A DNA stretch of 64,000 bases from Hormiphora californensis. Lineage: Eukaryota > Animalia > Ctenophora. The stretch is taken from NCBI GenBank assembly GCA_020137815.1, contig CM035352.1, forward strand, positions 4,960,001 to 5,024,000, given 5' to 3'. The position numbers were made by a program, and so were the translations under genes. Positions 40,664 through 54,701 of this stretch are shown here, in pieces (within the stretch, counting starts at the first letter, position 1; every line of letters starts with the position of its first letter). The notes under the pieces were generated by a model. It had not been told where the DNA came from and searched no databases. It saw nothing but the letters and a program-made list of their open reading frames with translations.

Positions 40664-41035
40664 TAGTCTAGTCGTATCGTCAATGATACAGAATTCCTAA
40701 AATGTAAACACCCTTTTCCACAATCACTTCTATTCACCGTCTTTAATCAAATACTCCTTATGCCACACTTGTTTTCATGCTCACACAAAACCGTACAATT
40801 CACGCGTGATCACGATACAAGTACACTGAAGACAACCCCACAAAACATTGTCTCATATAAGACCCTCGGCCCGGTGCAGCTACGTGAGGCCGCGTAGCGA
40901 TGTACAGTCAGTGTATGACAACACAAAACATTGTCTCTTAATCATACTATACTCATTGTCTCTGAGTATGAGACTATGATAATCATATTCATTGTCTATC
41001 GACTCTCGGCATTCAGTAATAATCCCCGGCCCTCA

Positions 41036-44000
41036 TTACCAGAAGGGGCACCATCCAGTGTAGAGCTGACACAGGTTCTCACTCAGAGTGGCCTGTTTGA
41101 TCAGACTCTGCACCTGTTCCACAACACCCAAACTCTCGTCAGTAACGTCATCAACCCCGTACAGCTTCTTACGAACCTTGGACAATACCTCCATCGCACG
41201 TGCATTCATCTGAGAGGGTGGGGGTGTTATTAGGCTGTTAGAACATCGGGGATGAGGAGGAGGAGGGATATTGTAAAAATGGGGTGATTAGGCGAGCGCC
41301 ACAGAATTTGAAAGTAGCGGTTCATTTCATTGAAACGACCTAATATATCTTACCTCAGCACCCCCCTCAGTATCAGGGTCCTTCAGTCTCCAGTTCAGCA
41401 GGGGATCATACACAAATGTTTCAAGGACAGCCAACACACTTGTAGCATTGTTCCTCATCACCTGTGTGGTAGTAATTAGTAGTGATTAGTAATTACAATT
41501 GAGGACAGCTGCAATAGGTCATCAGCTAAAGGCAAACAAGCGATGTAAAAGAGATCGATCTGTATAAAAAACAAATCAGTGACATGCGAATCACTGTTTC
41601 ACATTCTACATTAATGTCTGCACCTACCTCCATAACATCGTTACAGGTGAGGGTGTAAGTGATCCAGGGGGTGAAATGTGATCCAGGGGGGTGGAATGTG
41701 ACATGTGTAATGTGATGTCTGCACCTACCTCCATAACATCGTTACATGTGAGGGTGTAAGTCCCGTGAATTCCCGTCACCTCCATCGCCTTCCTCATCAT
41801 CCTAGTTAGCCTAAAGGGAAGGTTTGTGGTAAATTGGGTTTCACCAAATTACATATTGTATACAAGAACGCCCTACGATTTACCGCTTACCTAAAGGGAA
41901 CTGTCTCCGGGAATTTCTCACGGTCCCGGGCGACATCAAAGCTCTCCCCAAAATCGCAGTGGATTAGATTCCCTGTTTTCCTGTCCATCATAATGTTACT
42001 GGGGTGCCGGTCACCTAGACCCAGGATATAACCCACCTGGAAATAAGGGGAGTTGAGTAATTGTGGTGACAAGAAATGAGGGTGGAGTTGGAGTGACATT
42101 GGTACCCTTCATTGTGCTTGTTCAAGACCCCCTTTAGACTATATATTTAAACAGTGTGGAGCTGAGGGGTTCGAGCAAGACAACCTCACAGAGTAGTGTG
42201 AGGTATACCACCAACACAGTCCTATCATACATTCACAGAAGCTCAAAATGGGGAAATGGGGGGGGGGTGCAAATATGACACGTACCATACACATGACTGC
42301 GTGACTCAGAATGTAGTTCTTCCTTCGCTCAAACCAGATCTCCGCACTGGGACTCTTTTGGTAGAGAATTATCGCCAGATCTTCTCCCGTTGTACAATTG
42401 AGAACCTGGAAAGACAAGGTGATCGGTGGTAATTAGTTGGTACAGATAACGGTGACAGAGAGACAAATAAAACAGACAAACAGACAAATCACAAACAACC
42501 AGACAGACAGACAGACAGAAAAACACCCAGACAATTGACCCACCTCTTCGAACACCTCAATCTTCATCATCAGTGGTAGTTTCTCATAGCACTGGCAGTA
42601 CTTCTGTGTCAGTTTGTTCTCCAAACTAGGATCCACACTTGTCTTAACCCGGTGATCCTTAATCAGCTGATGCAGGGTGTCACTGTGAGGCCTCCACCCA
42701 CTCAATCCAGAATGTGGTGACAGGGGGATCACACTGTATCGCTGGATAGACAGGTTCTGTTCAGCTGTAGATTGAGAGTGTGCCAGAAGAGAGTTAACTA
42801 GTCCAAACAACTGCATAGCCCTCTCATCCTGTCGAATATCCTCATTCCCTTTTAGTAGGAAGGTGTATTTCAACCCATCACTTCCAATCATGCTCAACTT
42901 CCTTGGTTTCTGCTTACTCTTGATAACACCAACATGTGGGTCCACCATGTGGATCTTGATCACCGGTTGTCCCGGGTCGTATGTCCCTGGAACTGCCAAC
43001 TGCATGTCCCTAGCCTCAACCAGGAGTCTTGGGGAGCTATCCTCCAGACGGACAGAGCTCATTTGGGAGATGGCCTGCTGCATTCTGTTATACACATTAA
43101 TGTAGTTGCACCACGCGTTGTCTATCAGATTGTGTCCACCCCTCCTACCACCCCCTCCTCCACCACCTCCTTCAAGGTGATGCTCACCCTGTTCCTGGTT
43201 TGCCTGACTTCGCTTCCAAGCCTGACACAACTCGAACGCCTCGGATAGATCACTACCATTCAGATTCTTGAAACTCTTCTCCTGTGGGGTAAGGTTCTGT
43301 TCGGCTCGGGGGTTGCCCTGTTCAGGGTTGATAATCCTGTGTAGAGGGTACAGAATATCCAACATCGCATGAGCATTCTTCTTGTGGTAAAACTGTCTGC
43401 TGGCCCTCTCCAACGCATCATACCACATCTCATTCCAGGAGATGGCAATCCTAATCAGTTCGTTACTGAACATGACTCCTTCATCCACAATTCTCTTGCT
43501 GTGCTCCCCCATAAGGGTCAACAGATCACTAGCATGCCTGCTCCTGTCCCCATCATCTGTCTTCTTAGCGACACTCAGGGGGTAAATCAGGGCCTGTGGG
43601 TGCTCCCTTCCAACATCGTTAAGGACTCGGTGAATGAGGTCCCTAACGTTGGTATTGGGGATATCAATCCTGGCAATTAGTTGAGGGATGACTTGAATCC
43701 AAATGTTCATGGGAATGCGTTTAATCCCCTCCGCCAGCCTCTGCCTCACTTCCTCATTACTCCCGTGTGTGAACCAGAGAGTCAGGAGTTTCAGAACATC
43801 CTCCAATCTGTTCGTCTCCAGTGTCAGTGCTATACTTTCAATGAAACCCTGTACTGCAGCAGTGATCAGTTGATATTTGAAGGCTATCTCCTGGGTTAAG
43901 TCGTGTTTCCTCTTGTACAACTGGGCCAACTCCTCTCCCTGCTCACCGACCTCATCCAGCCCCCCATCATGAGAGTCGGAGGGTTCAGGGAGGCAAACCA

Positions 44001-47000
44001 GATCATCATCACTGTCCTCGGTGTCTTCCTCACTGAAATCTTCATCGTCTTCATAGCTTCCTGAGACGGGGGGATGTGTAATATTAGGTCATCCAATATT
44101 GATCTGGACAGGTATGTTTGTGAGAGAACGGGGCCAGACAGAGCCAAGCGACCTGTTCCAGCGTCTTCCTTGGACATTTTTAGGTTGGACTAGGATGGTG
44201 GGAACCTTCGCCTGCTGGCAGTATTGCCTCACGAGCAATATGTTTCAATGCTACTCTAGCTGCCGCTTTATGAAAGAAAAATCTGTGACACTACGGGTGA
44301 TTGAATATGTCATGGCATTTTCTCTATTGGGGACAGATGATCGGTTTGACCAATGTTCCTAGATCACTTTTTCAGCCTGAATCTGATGCAACCATAATTG
44401 AAGCGTTTAGATTCCATCTTCATCTTCAAAAATTGGATTTTTGCCAAAATTGCGCTTTGCACACTTCATGGCCGTTTTTGTACGTTCTAAACGTCTAAAT
44501 GACTTGAATCCAACGTTAAATGTTAGCTTATACAATTTTCTAGGTCCTATGTTAGTTTTATTACGATCGGTCAATGGATACCTGGCTCACGGCAACTTTT
44601 TTCAACATTTGTAAAAAAAATTAAAATCCATCTTTACCAAATCTTGCGAAAATCGCTTCCCCATGCTAGAAATTTTATCCAAAAATTTCAGGAAGGTTTC
44701 TGGAGTATCTCCAGCCATTTAATAAGCAATATATAGGGTTAAAAACGTTCCAAATTATCCGGAAGTAGGTCATATTGGTCCAAAATTGAGTTAAAAGTTA
44801 GCATAAAGCGGCAGCTAGAGTAATGATCCAATTAATTGCCTGTGAGACATAAGAGCAAGCATGCGAAGGCTCCAACCATCCTAGTCCAATCCAAAAATGT
44901 CTAAGGAAGACGCTGGAACAGGTCGCTTGGCTCTATCTGGCTCCGTTCTCTCACGGTAGACCAGTCCAGATCAATATTGGATGACCTAATATTGGGGACA
45001 TTTAGATCAACTAGGGAGATCAAATTAAAGCGCTCAAATAGGTTAGGGTTAGGTTAAAAGGGGAGGAAACATGCAATATTGGGGTCTCTTGACTCTTTTA
45101 GATAAAAATAAAGTGCTCAAATGATTCTACCAAATCTAGACTTAGTCTTATATCCTAGCTTCTTCACACCAAAATTGTCCTAAAAAGGGTGCTATCTCAT
45201 CACTAACCTGGCATGGGAGGGGGTGCAGAACCAGCCTGATCAGCTGCAATAACTTTCTTAACTCTACTCTCGATCCTCTTCAACTCCAGTTTCTGGGCAT
45301 CCAGTGTTTCAGGTTGTGCAGCCTCCAGACTCATATTGGCCCACTTGTTCCACCCCTTGTAATATCTACAATCATGATCTTTGGCATCTTCAAAGAATTT
45401 GAGTGTATCCAGTGCGGGATTAGGAACTTTGTTCATAGTGTTGAGATCGTGTAGCCATATACCCTGTTTCAACTTGTATTTAGATTTCAACCTCTGATCA
45501 TCTTTGAGCCGCTGCTCATCCTGTCCAATGGAGGTATCCACTGTGTTCAGACCCTGGTTCACATAACTAGATATCATAGTAAATGCCTTCCTCTTTTCTC
45601 CAACCCCATTAGCCGTGTTCCACTGGTGCTTGAAGTACTGGTAGGCCACGTGGGGATCCATGGGGCTCTGCATGGCTGTTGTGCTGGGATCAGATCCTAT
45701 CAGGTCCAATAAAATCTTCTTGGCTAGGTTTCTCCGGCCACTTTTCTGGGCTATGGAGCTGAATTTTAGCCACGCTCTGATGTCCTCACGGGGCTCTAGG
45801 ACGAGTTTGTGGACCTCGAGTATACGAGACCAGTCGGACACGTTACTCTGGCAGCCCTGGAGTCGGTTCCACCACACTTCTCTTAATCTGGGGAGGGGGG
45901 GGGGGGTCATAGATCATACTTCTCTCAATCTGGGGGGGGGGGGGGGAGGGGGTCATGGATCATACTTCACTTAATCTGGGGGGGGGGGGTGTCATGGATC
46001 ACACTTCTCTTAATCTGGGGGGGGGGGGGGGGTCATGGATCATACTTCACTTAATCTGGGGAGGGGGGTGGATCACACTTCTCTCAATCTGGGGAGGGGG
46101 GTGGATCACACTTCACTTAATCTGGGGGGGGGGGGTGAATTCATGGATCACAGACCGAAATACAGACAGACAGACAGACAAATAGACAGGGCAGACACAC
46201 ACACAACTCCTACCTATCTTTCCGTATCTGATCCTTCTTTATCATATCAGCCTCACTCTTATACTCTCTACAGTTACTGGGATTCAGGTACCCTAGCACT
46301 TCCTCCATCTCACTCAGCATGTGCATGTCCACTATCTTGGTGTACATTCGGTGGTATCCCTCCTTTACTATCACAGTTATCTCCTGGTCCAGGGTGTTCC
46401 TGAAGGGAATACAGAGGGGGTTAGTGCTGGGGGGATACAGAGGGGATACAGAGTTATCTCCTGGTCCAGGGTGTTCCTGAAGGGAATACAGAGGGGGTTA
46501 GTGTTGGGGGATACATAGGGGATACAGAGTTATCTCCTGGTCCAGGGTGTTCCTGAAGGGAATACAGAGGGGGTTAGTGTTGGGGGATACATAGGGGATA
46601 CAGAGTTATCTCCTGGTCCAGGGTGTTTCTGAAGGGAATACAGAGGGTTAGTGTTGGGGGATACATAGGGGATACAGAGTTATCTCCTGGTCCAGGGTGT
46701 TCCTGAAGGGAATACAGAGGGTTAGTGTTGGGGATACATAGGGGATACAGAGTAATCTCCTGGTCCAGGGTGTTCCTGAAGGGAATACAGAGGGGGTTAG
46801 TGTTCTACAGGGTGTTCCTGAAGGGAATACAGAGGGAGTTAGTGTTGGTTGGGGATACAGAGGGGATACAGAGTTATCTCCTGGTCCAGGGTGTTCCTGA
46901 AGGGAATACAGAGGGTTATAAAGCTTACACAGAGCTGGGTTAGCTGGGATGGGGGATACATAGTTTTATAGCGTTAGTGAGGTCACTGAGGTGTCTTCAA

Positions 47001-50000
47001 TAGACACACTGTATGTAAAGTCCTTATTATGCATAATTCATCTTGTCCAGCCGGAAACTCAAAGCAAAGCTCCTTAGAGCTAGCACATGTTTTTGTTTAG
47101 TCTGACGTGTTATAACCACTAAACGTTTATCAATGGATCCTCCCTAGTTTGCATGATAGTAGACTCACAGAATATAAATGAGCATCTGTTGTGTTCATGT
47201 TGTGATGACATTACTCAAGCTAGCCCCTAATTAGGGGCGGGTGCTCTGTACCACAGCTGCTTTATAATTGTTATGTTCTAACCCTCCCTTTACATTTGTA
47301 AAGGTAGGTGTTTCGGGTGCGGGGCGCCCGAAACACAGTCTAGCCAGGCAACTTAATAAAGCAGTATAAAGTCCAGCTTGGGATTGTTAATGGGATTGTC
47401 TTAAACAATCCCATAATATTGCTCTGGTACACTTATAAATTTTCGAATTCATTTTCAAATTTTTTAAAAGGTTAGTACGTCGTGTGATGAGTTAATCTCT
47501 CTATCTCTGATCTATATTCTCTATCTCTACTTGAACAGGGCAAAATAGTTTCTCAATTGAGTACCATGTGCTCGTTTCCTAGCAACACAAGGTGTGTTCG
47601 ATAATTGTCGATAAGTGTCTGTAACAGACTTCTCCTAAAATAGTTTTGAGTTGAAAGTATGATCAAATGATCACCCTTTACTCTGATTAGATCTTGATGT
47701 GCCAGACTGTATGTGCAAATATTATTTTTTCCCTCGTCTAGGTACAGGATTCATTCGACCGGATGTATGTTTGCTTTATAAAAAGTCATAATGGATTGGG
47801 TTGGTTTGGGATTTCTCGCGGTGGTGGGAGAGAGCTGGTTTCAGACATTGAATACAAGGAAAACAAAGAATTCTTTGTTTTCCTTGTATTCAATGTCTGA
47901 AACCAGCTCTCAAGGAAAACAAAGAATTCTTTGTTTTTCTTGTATTCAATGTCTGAAACCAGCTCTCTCCCACCACCGCGAGAAATCCCAAACCAACTGA
48001 ATTGTACCGCGGGCGGAGTTGCCTCAATAATGGATTGGCACCTTTTATAAATCCTAGTTACGCTTATTAAATCATTGTATTATTTGTGTTATTTAATTGT
48101 GTATTCTTTTGTTGAGTAAGTAACAAGTAATCTTTAGGATGAGTCTTGGACACTCCACCGGAGGGACTACATTCCCAGATTTCGGTGTGTTTCTATTTGT
48201 GGTGGTGTGCGGGTTGATCTCAGTGGTTCTAAACCCACCCGTTCTGTACCGGCACCTGGGTGCTCCTTTCACCGTCCACCGAGTAACTAGCTTCCTGATC
48301 GCCCTACTAAATCTAATCAGCAGTATAATTCAAGTATACGCTGCATTCGCCTTCATTTTACCGGAAGACCAAGACTATAATGAGAGTGAGAAGACTGTTG
48401 CTTTTGGAGTAAGGGTTTACTCAGCTACCCTCACAAGTACAATCTTAATTCCCAATCTTTTGACTGCAATAATGCTCGCAGCCCGTTACTTTCAACTCCG
48501 ATTTCCACTACGTATCCAACGAAAGACTCGGTTTTTTGTTGTCTGTGCTTGTGTTTCACTCGCTCAAATCATTATCATGATTTGTTTCCATACTGTGAAC
48601 GTTGATAACATTAATTGGATGGATGCTACTGCCATGGCGTTTAATTGGGACCCATTTGGCGAGAACGATGGTTTATCTTTTAATATGATGGATAACCGTA
48701 CTCCTATGTTGACTTCATTGCTAATGAGTCTGTCAATTCCATCAATATTGCAAGTAGCCGGAATTGTCTTTATTCTCCTCACCATACGGCATTTGAAATG
48801 GTCGGACAGTGAAGCAGCAAACCAGTCTGGAAGGGACACGAGAAGGATTACACACAGGATCTTATTATTGAACGCAGGAAGCCTTCTACATACCATCTCT
48901 CTAATTCTATTCGTTTCGATGTTGGTCAGATCTTATAGTGCTACCGCAGACTTGAAGGAACCCATTGGGCAGGAAAAATATATATATAGATGGAGTGGAA
49001 CAGTATTTTATATCATTCTGCCCATCTTTCTCTCGGCTGTTAACCCTACTATCTACTTTATTACTGCAACAGGTAAACCGGCCTCCCGTATTACACGAAG
49101 CGAGAGAAATGGACACACGAGCACTAGCCGTTTATGAAATGTTGACTATATAATTGACAGCACCAAGACAGCACAGAGTTTTAGTTTTACGAGACTTATT
49201 TCTTTGTACTCCTGGCGTCTTTCTGTAGAAAGATGATAGATCATGTACTTTATAGTTGTTCGCCTCAGCACTCGATATATCAATAATACCAGCTGAAGCA
49301 CCAAAGCGATTTGTTGTTTACCGCTATAAGACAAACGATTGAACTTTTGACTGAACAGAATCTTTTTACAGTGCTGCTTGTAGTCGTATTACCGTAATAG
49401 AAATACAGTAAGGAGACGCGCACGTTGCATAACGCGCGGCAAAAAGTGAATGTGTTCAGCACGTACTAGCGCCCTGATTGGCCACGGTTGCGCGTCGTCT
49501 TACTGTATCCCACTACAAGCGACCGTGTTAAGCGCTTTTCCAAACAGGCAAGAGCACATGTCACACTCTAAAAATATCTCAAGGTGGTAGAGCACATGTG
49601 CCGCACATGTTTAAAGGGAGCTCTCTCACGTCAACTTCAAGACGTGGTGGGAACGTTTCTCAATGAGACACGTGGGTAATATCCGTGTTATTGCCGTGTT
49701 ATTGTCAATAAACTGAGCCAATAAACTCATTGAGGTGTAACACAGATCATGAGATGTTAAATAATTCCTCTGCACATCTCCCTCTTTCCAATTAGTTCTC
49801 CCTTCCGTTTCGAATGGTGTCTGTGCTTGTCTGTGCTTGGAAATTGTATTGTTTGCCAAGAAAAGTTTGTAAACAGTCTCCCACTGTCACCGAATCCAGG
49901 CGAATAGTCATTGGCGATTCTCATTTCTGACCCTTATTTACTTTTACTCAGTTTTAGTCCAGTATTGCCAGACGACAGAAGCTTACCAACTGGGCTACAA

Positions 50001-53000
50001 TATCTGGAATTATCCTTTCTTCACTGTTTTCAATGGCTCTCTACTCCACTGGAGGGACCACATTCCCAGATTTCGGTGTGTTTCTATGTGTGGTGGTGTG
50101 CGGGTTGATCTCAGTGGTTCTAAACCCACCCGTTCTGTACCGGCACCTGGGAGCTCCTTTCACCGTCCACCGAGTAACCAGCTTTCTCATCGCCCTACTA
50201 AATCTAATCAGCAGTATCATTCAAGTATACGCTGCTTTTGCCTTCATTTTACCCACGTGCGATGAGGATTATCAAGATTCTAAACCGGGGAACGGGACGG
50301 CGATGCGATTAATACAACTGTCTTGTGGAAAGGTTGTCCAGGTAACAACTGGGATAGTTGTTTACAGCATGGTCCTCACCAACATCATTCTACTACCTAA
50401 CCTGCTGACTGCAATCATGTTAATTGCACGGTATTTTCAACTGAGATTCCCTCTTCGAACCCCACCTAAGAGGCTCTATCTCGGGATCGCATTGGCTGCA
50501 TCCCTAATTCAGTGCACATCCACTGTATGGAAATTTCTGGCAAATAGCCAGTTTGTAATATGGATGCAACCTCTCCTTCTCGCAGCGAATTTGAACCCGT
50601 TTAATTTTAAGCCTCCCAGCCGACTCAAGACATTTGTTTCTCTCCTTCTTGGACTATTCCTGCCCTTTATATTCCAAGTAGTTGGGGTGGTTTTTGTAGG
50701 ACTCACTATCGCCCATCTGAGGAACTCGAGAGGTATGGCTGCAAGTCAGTCGGGTCGGAATCCAAACAAGATAACTTTGCGGATACTGCTTCTAAACGCA
50801 GGGAGTATCGCCCATACAGTGCTACTTATTATGTTTGTATGTTACACATTGGAAACTGCCACCGCAGCAGCAGCAACAGTAACAAGACCATACAGGATTT
50901 CCAGTACTGGATTTTTCGTTATTCTACCTATACTTCTGTCAGCGCTGAATCCTTTGATTTATTTTGGTACTGCTGGTACTACTCCAAAAAAGAACAACAC
51001 AGTAAGAAGTAACGCTGCTACGGATCAATCTCGCAGCTAAGACTCACTTCGTCTTGATTCGATACGTTGAACTAACTCAGCCAACTAGCTGGTAGCACAA
51101 GCGACGATTTTTATAATAAAATGTTGTTTATAGTTGTAGGGTAGAACTTTCAGCAGAAGTATCTTGCTATTCCGAACCATCACAGAGAAATAAAATGCGG
51201 TGTGAGTTACACAAGAAATAATATCTCTGGTGACTATTTTGTTCAGTAAAATTATAACATTAACTTTCTAACTTTTCAACAAAACTAATGTTTCTTTACT
51301 TGACTACCTAAAAATAACCTCAGTCCTCACACCTCGTATCACCTACCAATTTGATCAACCCAATTTCAATTTATTTTGTAATGTACATAATAACTACATC
51401 CCGTACCTTGATTGATTGATGAGTTCCTGTGCTGCATCATAGTTAGACTTGTTAATCTGGATCAGGGCAGAAAAGAAATGGCGCTGGTAGCTCATTTGCA
51501 TCTGATCTGGAGAAGGAAAGGCGGGATTTAGGGGATCGTGTGGCGGATCGAGTGTGTCTCATGTGAAACGGATTCCCGGGGGGGGGGGGGGGGGGGGTTT
51601 ATCCGGTAAATCGGGGTCCAACTGCAAATATTATAAACCTAGTTACCATGACAACAACAAAAACACTTAACTCACCAGTATACTTCTCGAGATCGTTCCA
51701 TCGGCTAAGCCGCCAAGCTGCCGTTGCTGCTAGTGTGGCCATTTGGGAGCTCTGATCAGTGGACATATCAGCAGTAGTTATTGGCGGGGCCTTCTTCTCC
51801 GCTGTATGGAAATATATAGTGATTGAAAGTTCGATACTTGTTGTTCTCACCCCTAACTCACGACTCGATATGGTATTGACAGTTGGCAGACCTTATATAA
51901 ATCATACATAAGTAAGGCGGTCTGTCTAATTGTCAGGCTCTGTTCTGTACTCACGTTGTTGTTGGCCCCAATAGATATCAATAGTGTCCTGCATGTCTGT
52001 CCACTTGTTGAGGGCCTCCAGGCATCTCAATTTGCCCAAAACGTGGCTAACATGTACATCTCGTCCAGATTCCAGTTTCAGGTTGTACATGTGTAGAGCC
52101 TCGCTCCACTGCTGGAGTTCTTCGTACCTGTGTGCAGTTGGGGAATATATCAGGGTTGCAGGGCTTTACTCAGACGGAGCTATTATACACCTGGTGCTCA
52201 CAGCACAGTAGATTCTCGATATAACGTGAATGTCGGCGAAGGAGAGGTAAGTTTTCAGTGAATTTACTGTCCACATACAATGACGTAATTTTTAAATGCT
52301 ACTATGCAAATGAGCTCTTTGCAGAAACTGTTTATACCTACCCCGCCCAGGCTAATGACCTGTGTGTTTAGCCGACACTAAACAACTTTCGTGTGTGTAT
52401 TCAAAGCCATGAGGTACATAGTGGTATATAGCCCATTCTTAGTGTGTTAATTAGTCATATCAGGTTGCTGTTCTTCCTCATAGGACTTTAGTGTGCCTGA
52501 AGGCTTCTTCATGTGAGTGTGATGGTTTCTCTGTGTGTTTCTATGTGCGTGGTGGTGACTGATGTAGGAAATTGACACTACTCTTTTTGCTTTTGAGTAG
52601 CAGTGATACTGATTAGATCATTGAGTCAGCTTATATCTATCGGAAAAGAATTTACTTAGTGATAAGTGAGTGGTCCCTGTGCGTGTCGTTTTTTAAATCA
52701 TTATTATTGTTAGCTCAGTTGATATACCCCTTGCATTGCTGGACTTGGTAATGAAATTACCCCTCCGCGTTATAATAGCTCACGGATCAATAAAAAGGGG
52801 TGACTTCTTAACCAATGCTGGACACACTTCTCCATTTCTCGAACCCCATCACTGTCCCCCTCTATCTCTCTATATCCCTCTCCCACCCCGTCTCTCTCCT
52901 TCTCTCACGTACCATGAATCTTCAGGACTGAGGATGCCCGGGTTCAGTTGGGCGTATTTCAGTACACCCAGGGCTGCCTTGGGTTGCTGTAAGATGTTGT

Positions 53001-54663
53001 TGATCCTCAACAATTCCACCAGAGTGGCAGGCTCCTGGTGATGATGGAAATCTTTCTCCACGTAACGGAGAGCTTTGGCGTAGGAGTTACACCTCTTAGC
53101 CGCTTTTATGTAGACCTAGGGAGAGAGTGAGGGTAAGGGGTTTAGACAAATTGATAGGGAAAACAGTGAAAGAAAACTACGTCTAAATTCGGCCCAATAT
53201 AATCTCCAAACCGTCCTTTCCCTACTCATTACCTCATTTCGGATGTCTAGGACGCCCTTTCCCCAGTGTTCCATAAACTCCTGTAGATTTAGGATATCCA
53301 GAGTCACCTCGGGTAAGCTGTGCGTCTCTAGCACCCTCTTCAAGTTGGATTCCAACTCGTCCTGAGAGGAGGGTTTATAGCTAAAATAGAGCATTGGCCT
53401 GTTATGTTCTAACCCTCCTTTACATTTGTAAGAGTGATGATAGCTGTCAGCTAGCATGATTGGCCTGACCCTATTCTAACTTCTTTCAAATCGCAAGAGA
53501 ACCCTGGTCAGAGCATTAGCCTGCCAGGTTGAAAGTGAAAAAGAGAGAAGGGTAAACTCACTGGAGTGAGTAAGAATGACGACACTTTGAGGTGACACGT
53601 ATTACATAACATGTACATATTTTTTGCTTTGCATAATGTGACAGGTTTAAAATGCGAGGAAATTAGAAGCAGAAGACATGTGGGAGAAGACGAAATTGTC
53701 GGAAAAGCAAAATTAGAGGGCCGGGGATGCAGAAAGGGATAGAAAAGGGAGAGAATGTTTGAAAAAAGGAAGCGGTAATATATAATTGCAATAGATTTTT
53801 TAAAAAAAGGAGAAAAAAAGCGATAGAAAGAGAACAGTTTGATTATTTTTCAGGAACACGTCATTGTTCTCTCTGTGGCGGCGTGTGTGTGTTTTTTAAA
53901 TGGCTCGTATCAGGTTACCATCTCTGTGCGCTGCAGTAGGAGAACATTCATTATTTGTTGAACGATTAAAGGTCGGGTCTGTTATAGCAAGACGGGTCTG
54001 TTATAGCGAGACGAATTGTCCTTCCTAGCTCTCTCCATTGTTCGCTTGTTCCACACACTCTTTATTTCGTGTCTGTACTCTGTAGTAGTGGGCACAGCTG
54101 CTAAGCTCCTTCATAGCAATATCAACCTGCTCCATAGAAATACTACCCTTCATCTTCAAGACAATCTTATCTCGTAGATATAAATACTTTTTGCAATATC
54201 TCTCTTCCGACAGATCTATAGATGGTATAATGAGCCGCTTTTTCAGAATCAGCGTCTTTTTCCTTTCTTTCTTTCCATCCTTTAACGTTCTCTATGCAAG
54301 AGCGTTGTGTGTGTGTGTGTGTGGCTCTAGGTTATAGCGTACCAAACTCTGCCGCACGACAGAACGGAACAGCAAGAGCGTTGTTGCACCATATCACTCA
54401 TTAATTTCCTCTTTGTATCACCTACGCAGTCTACACTCTACATTTATAATGGCACACCTATGTCCTATGTAAATGGTCGTTTTGTGACTCCCTCTCTCTC
54501 TCTGTGTTTCTTTTGATCTCACTCTCCCTCTCTCTCTCTATGTTTCCCCGCTCACTCTTTTATTATTTCTCTTCCTGCACAAGCAATAATAAATGTGCAG
54601 TGTACATTAGTACACAGTGTTGTAAATACATTTCTTGCCAAGCCTCCAAGTATAAAAACTCTC

Positions 54664-54701
<38 letters not shown>

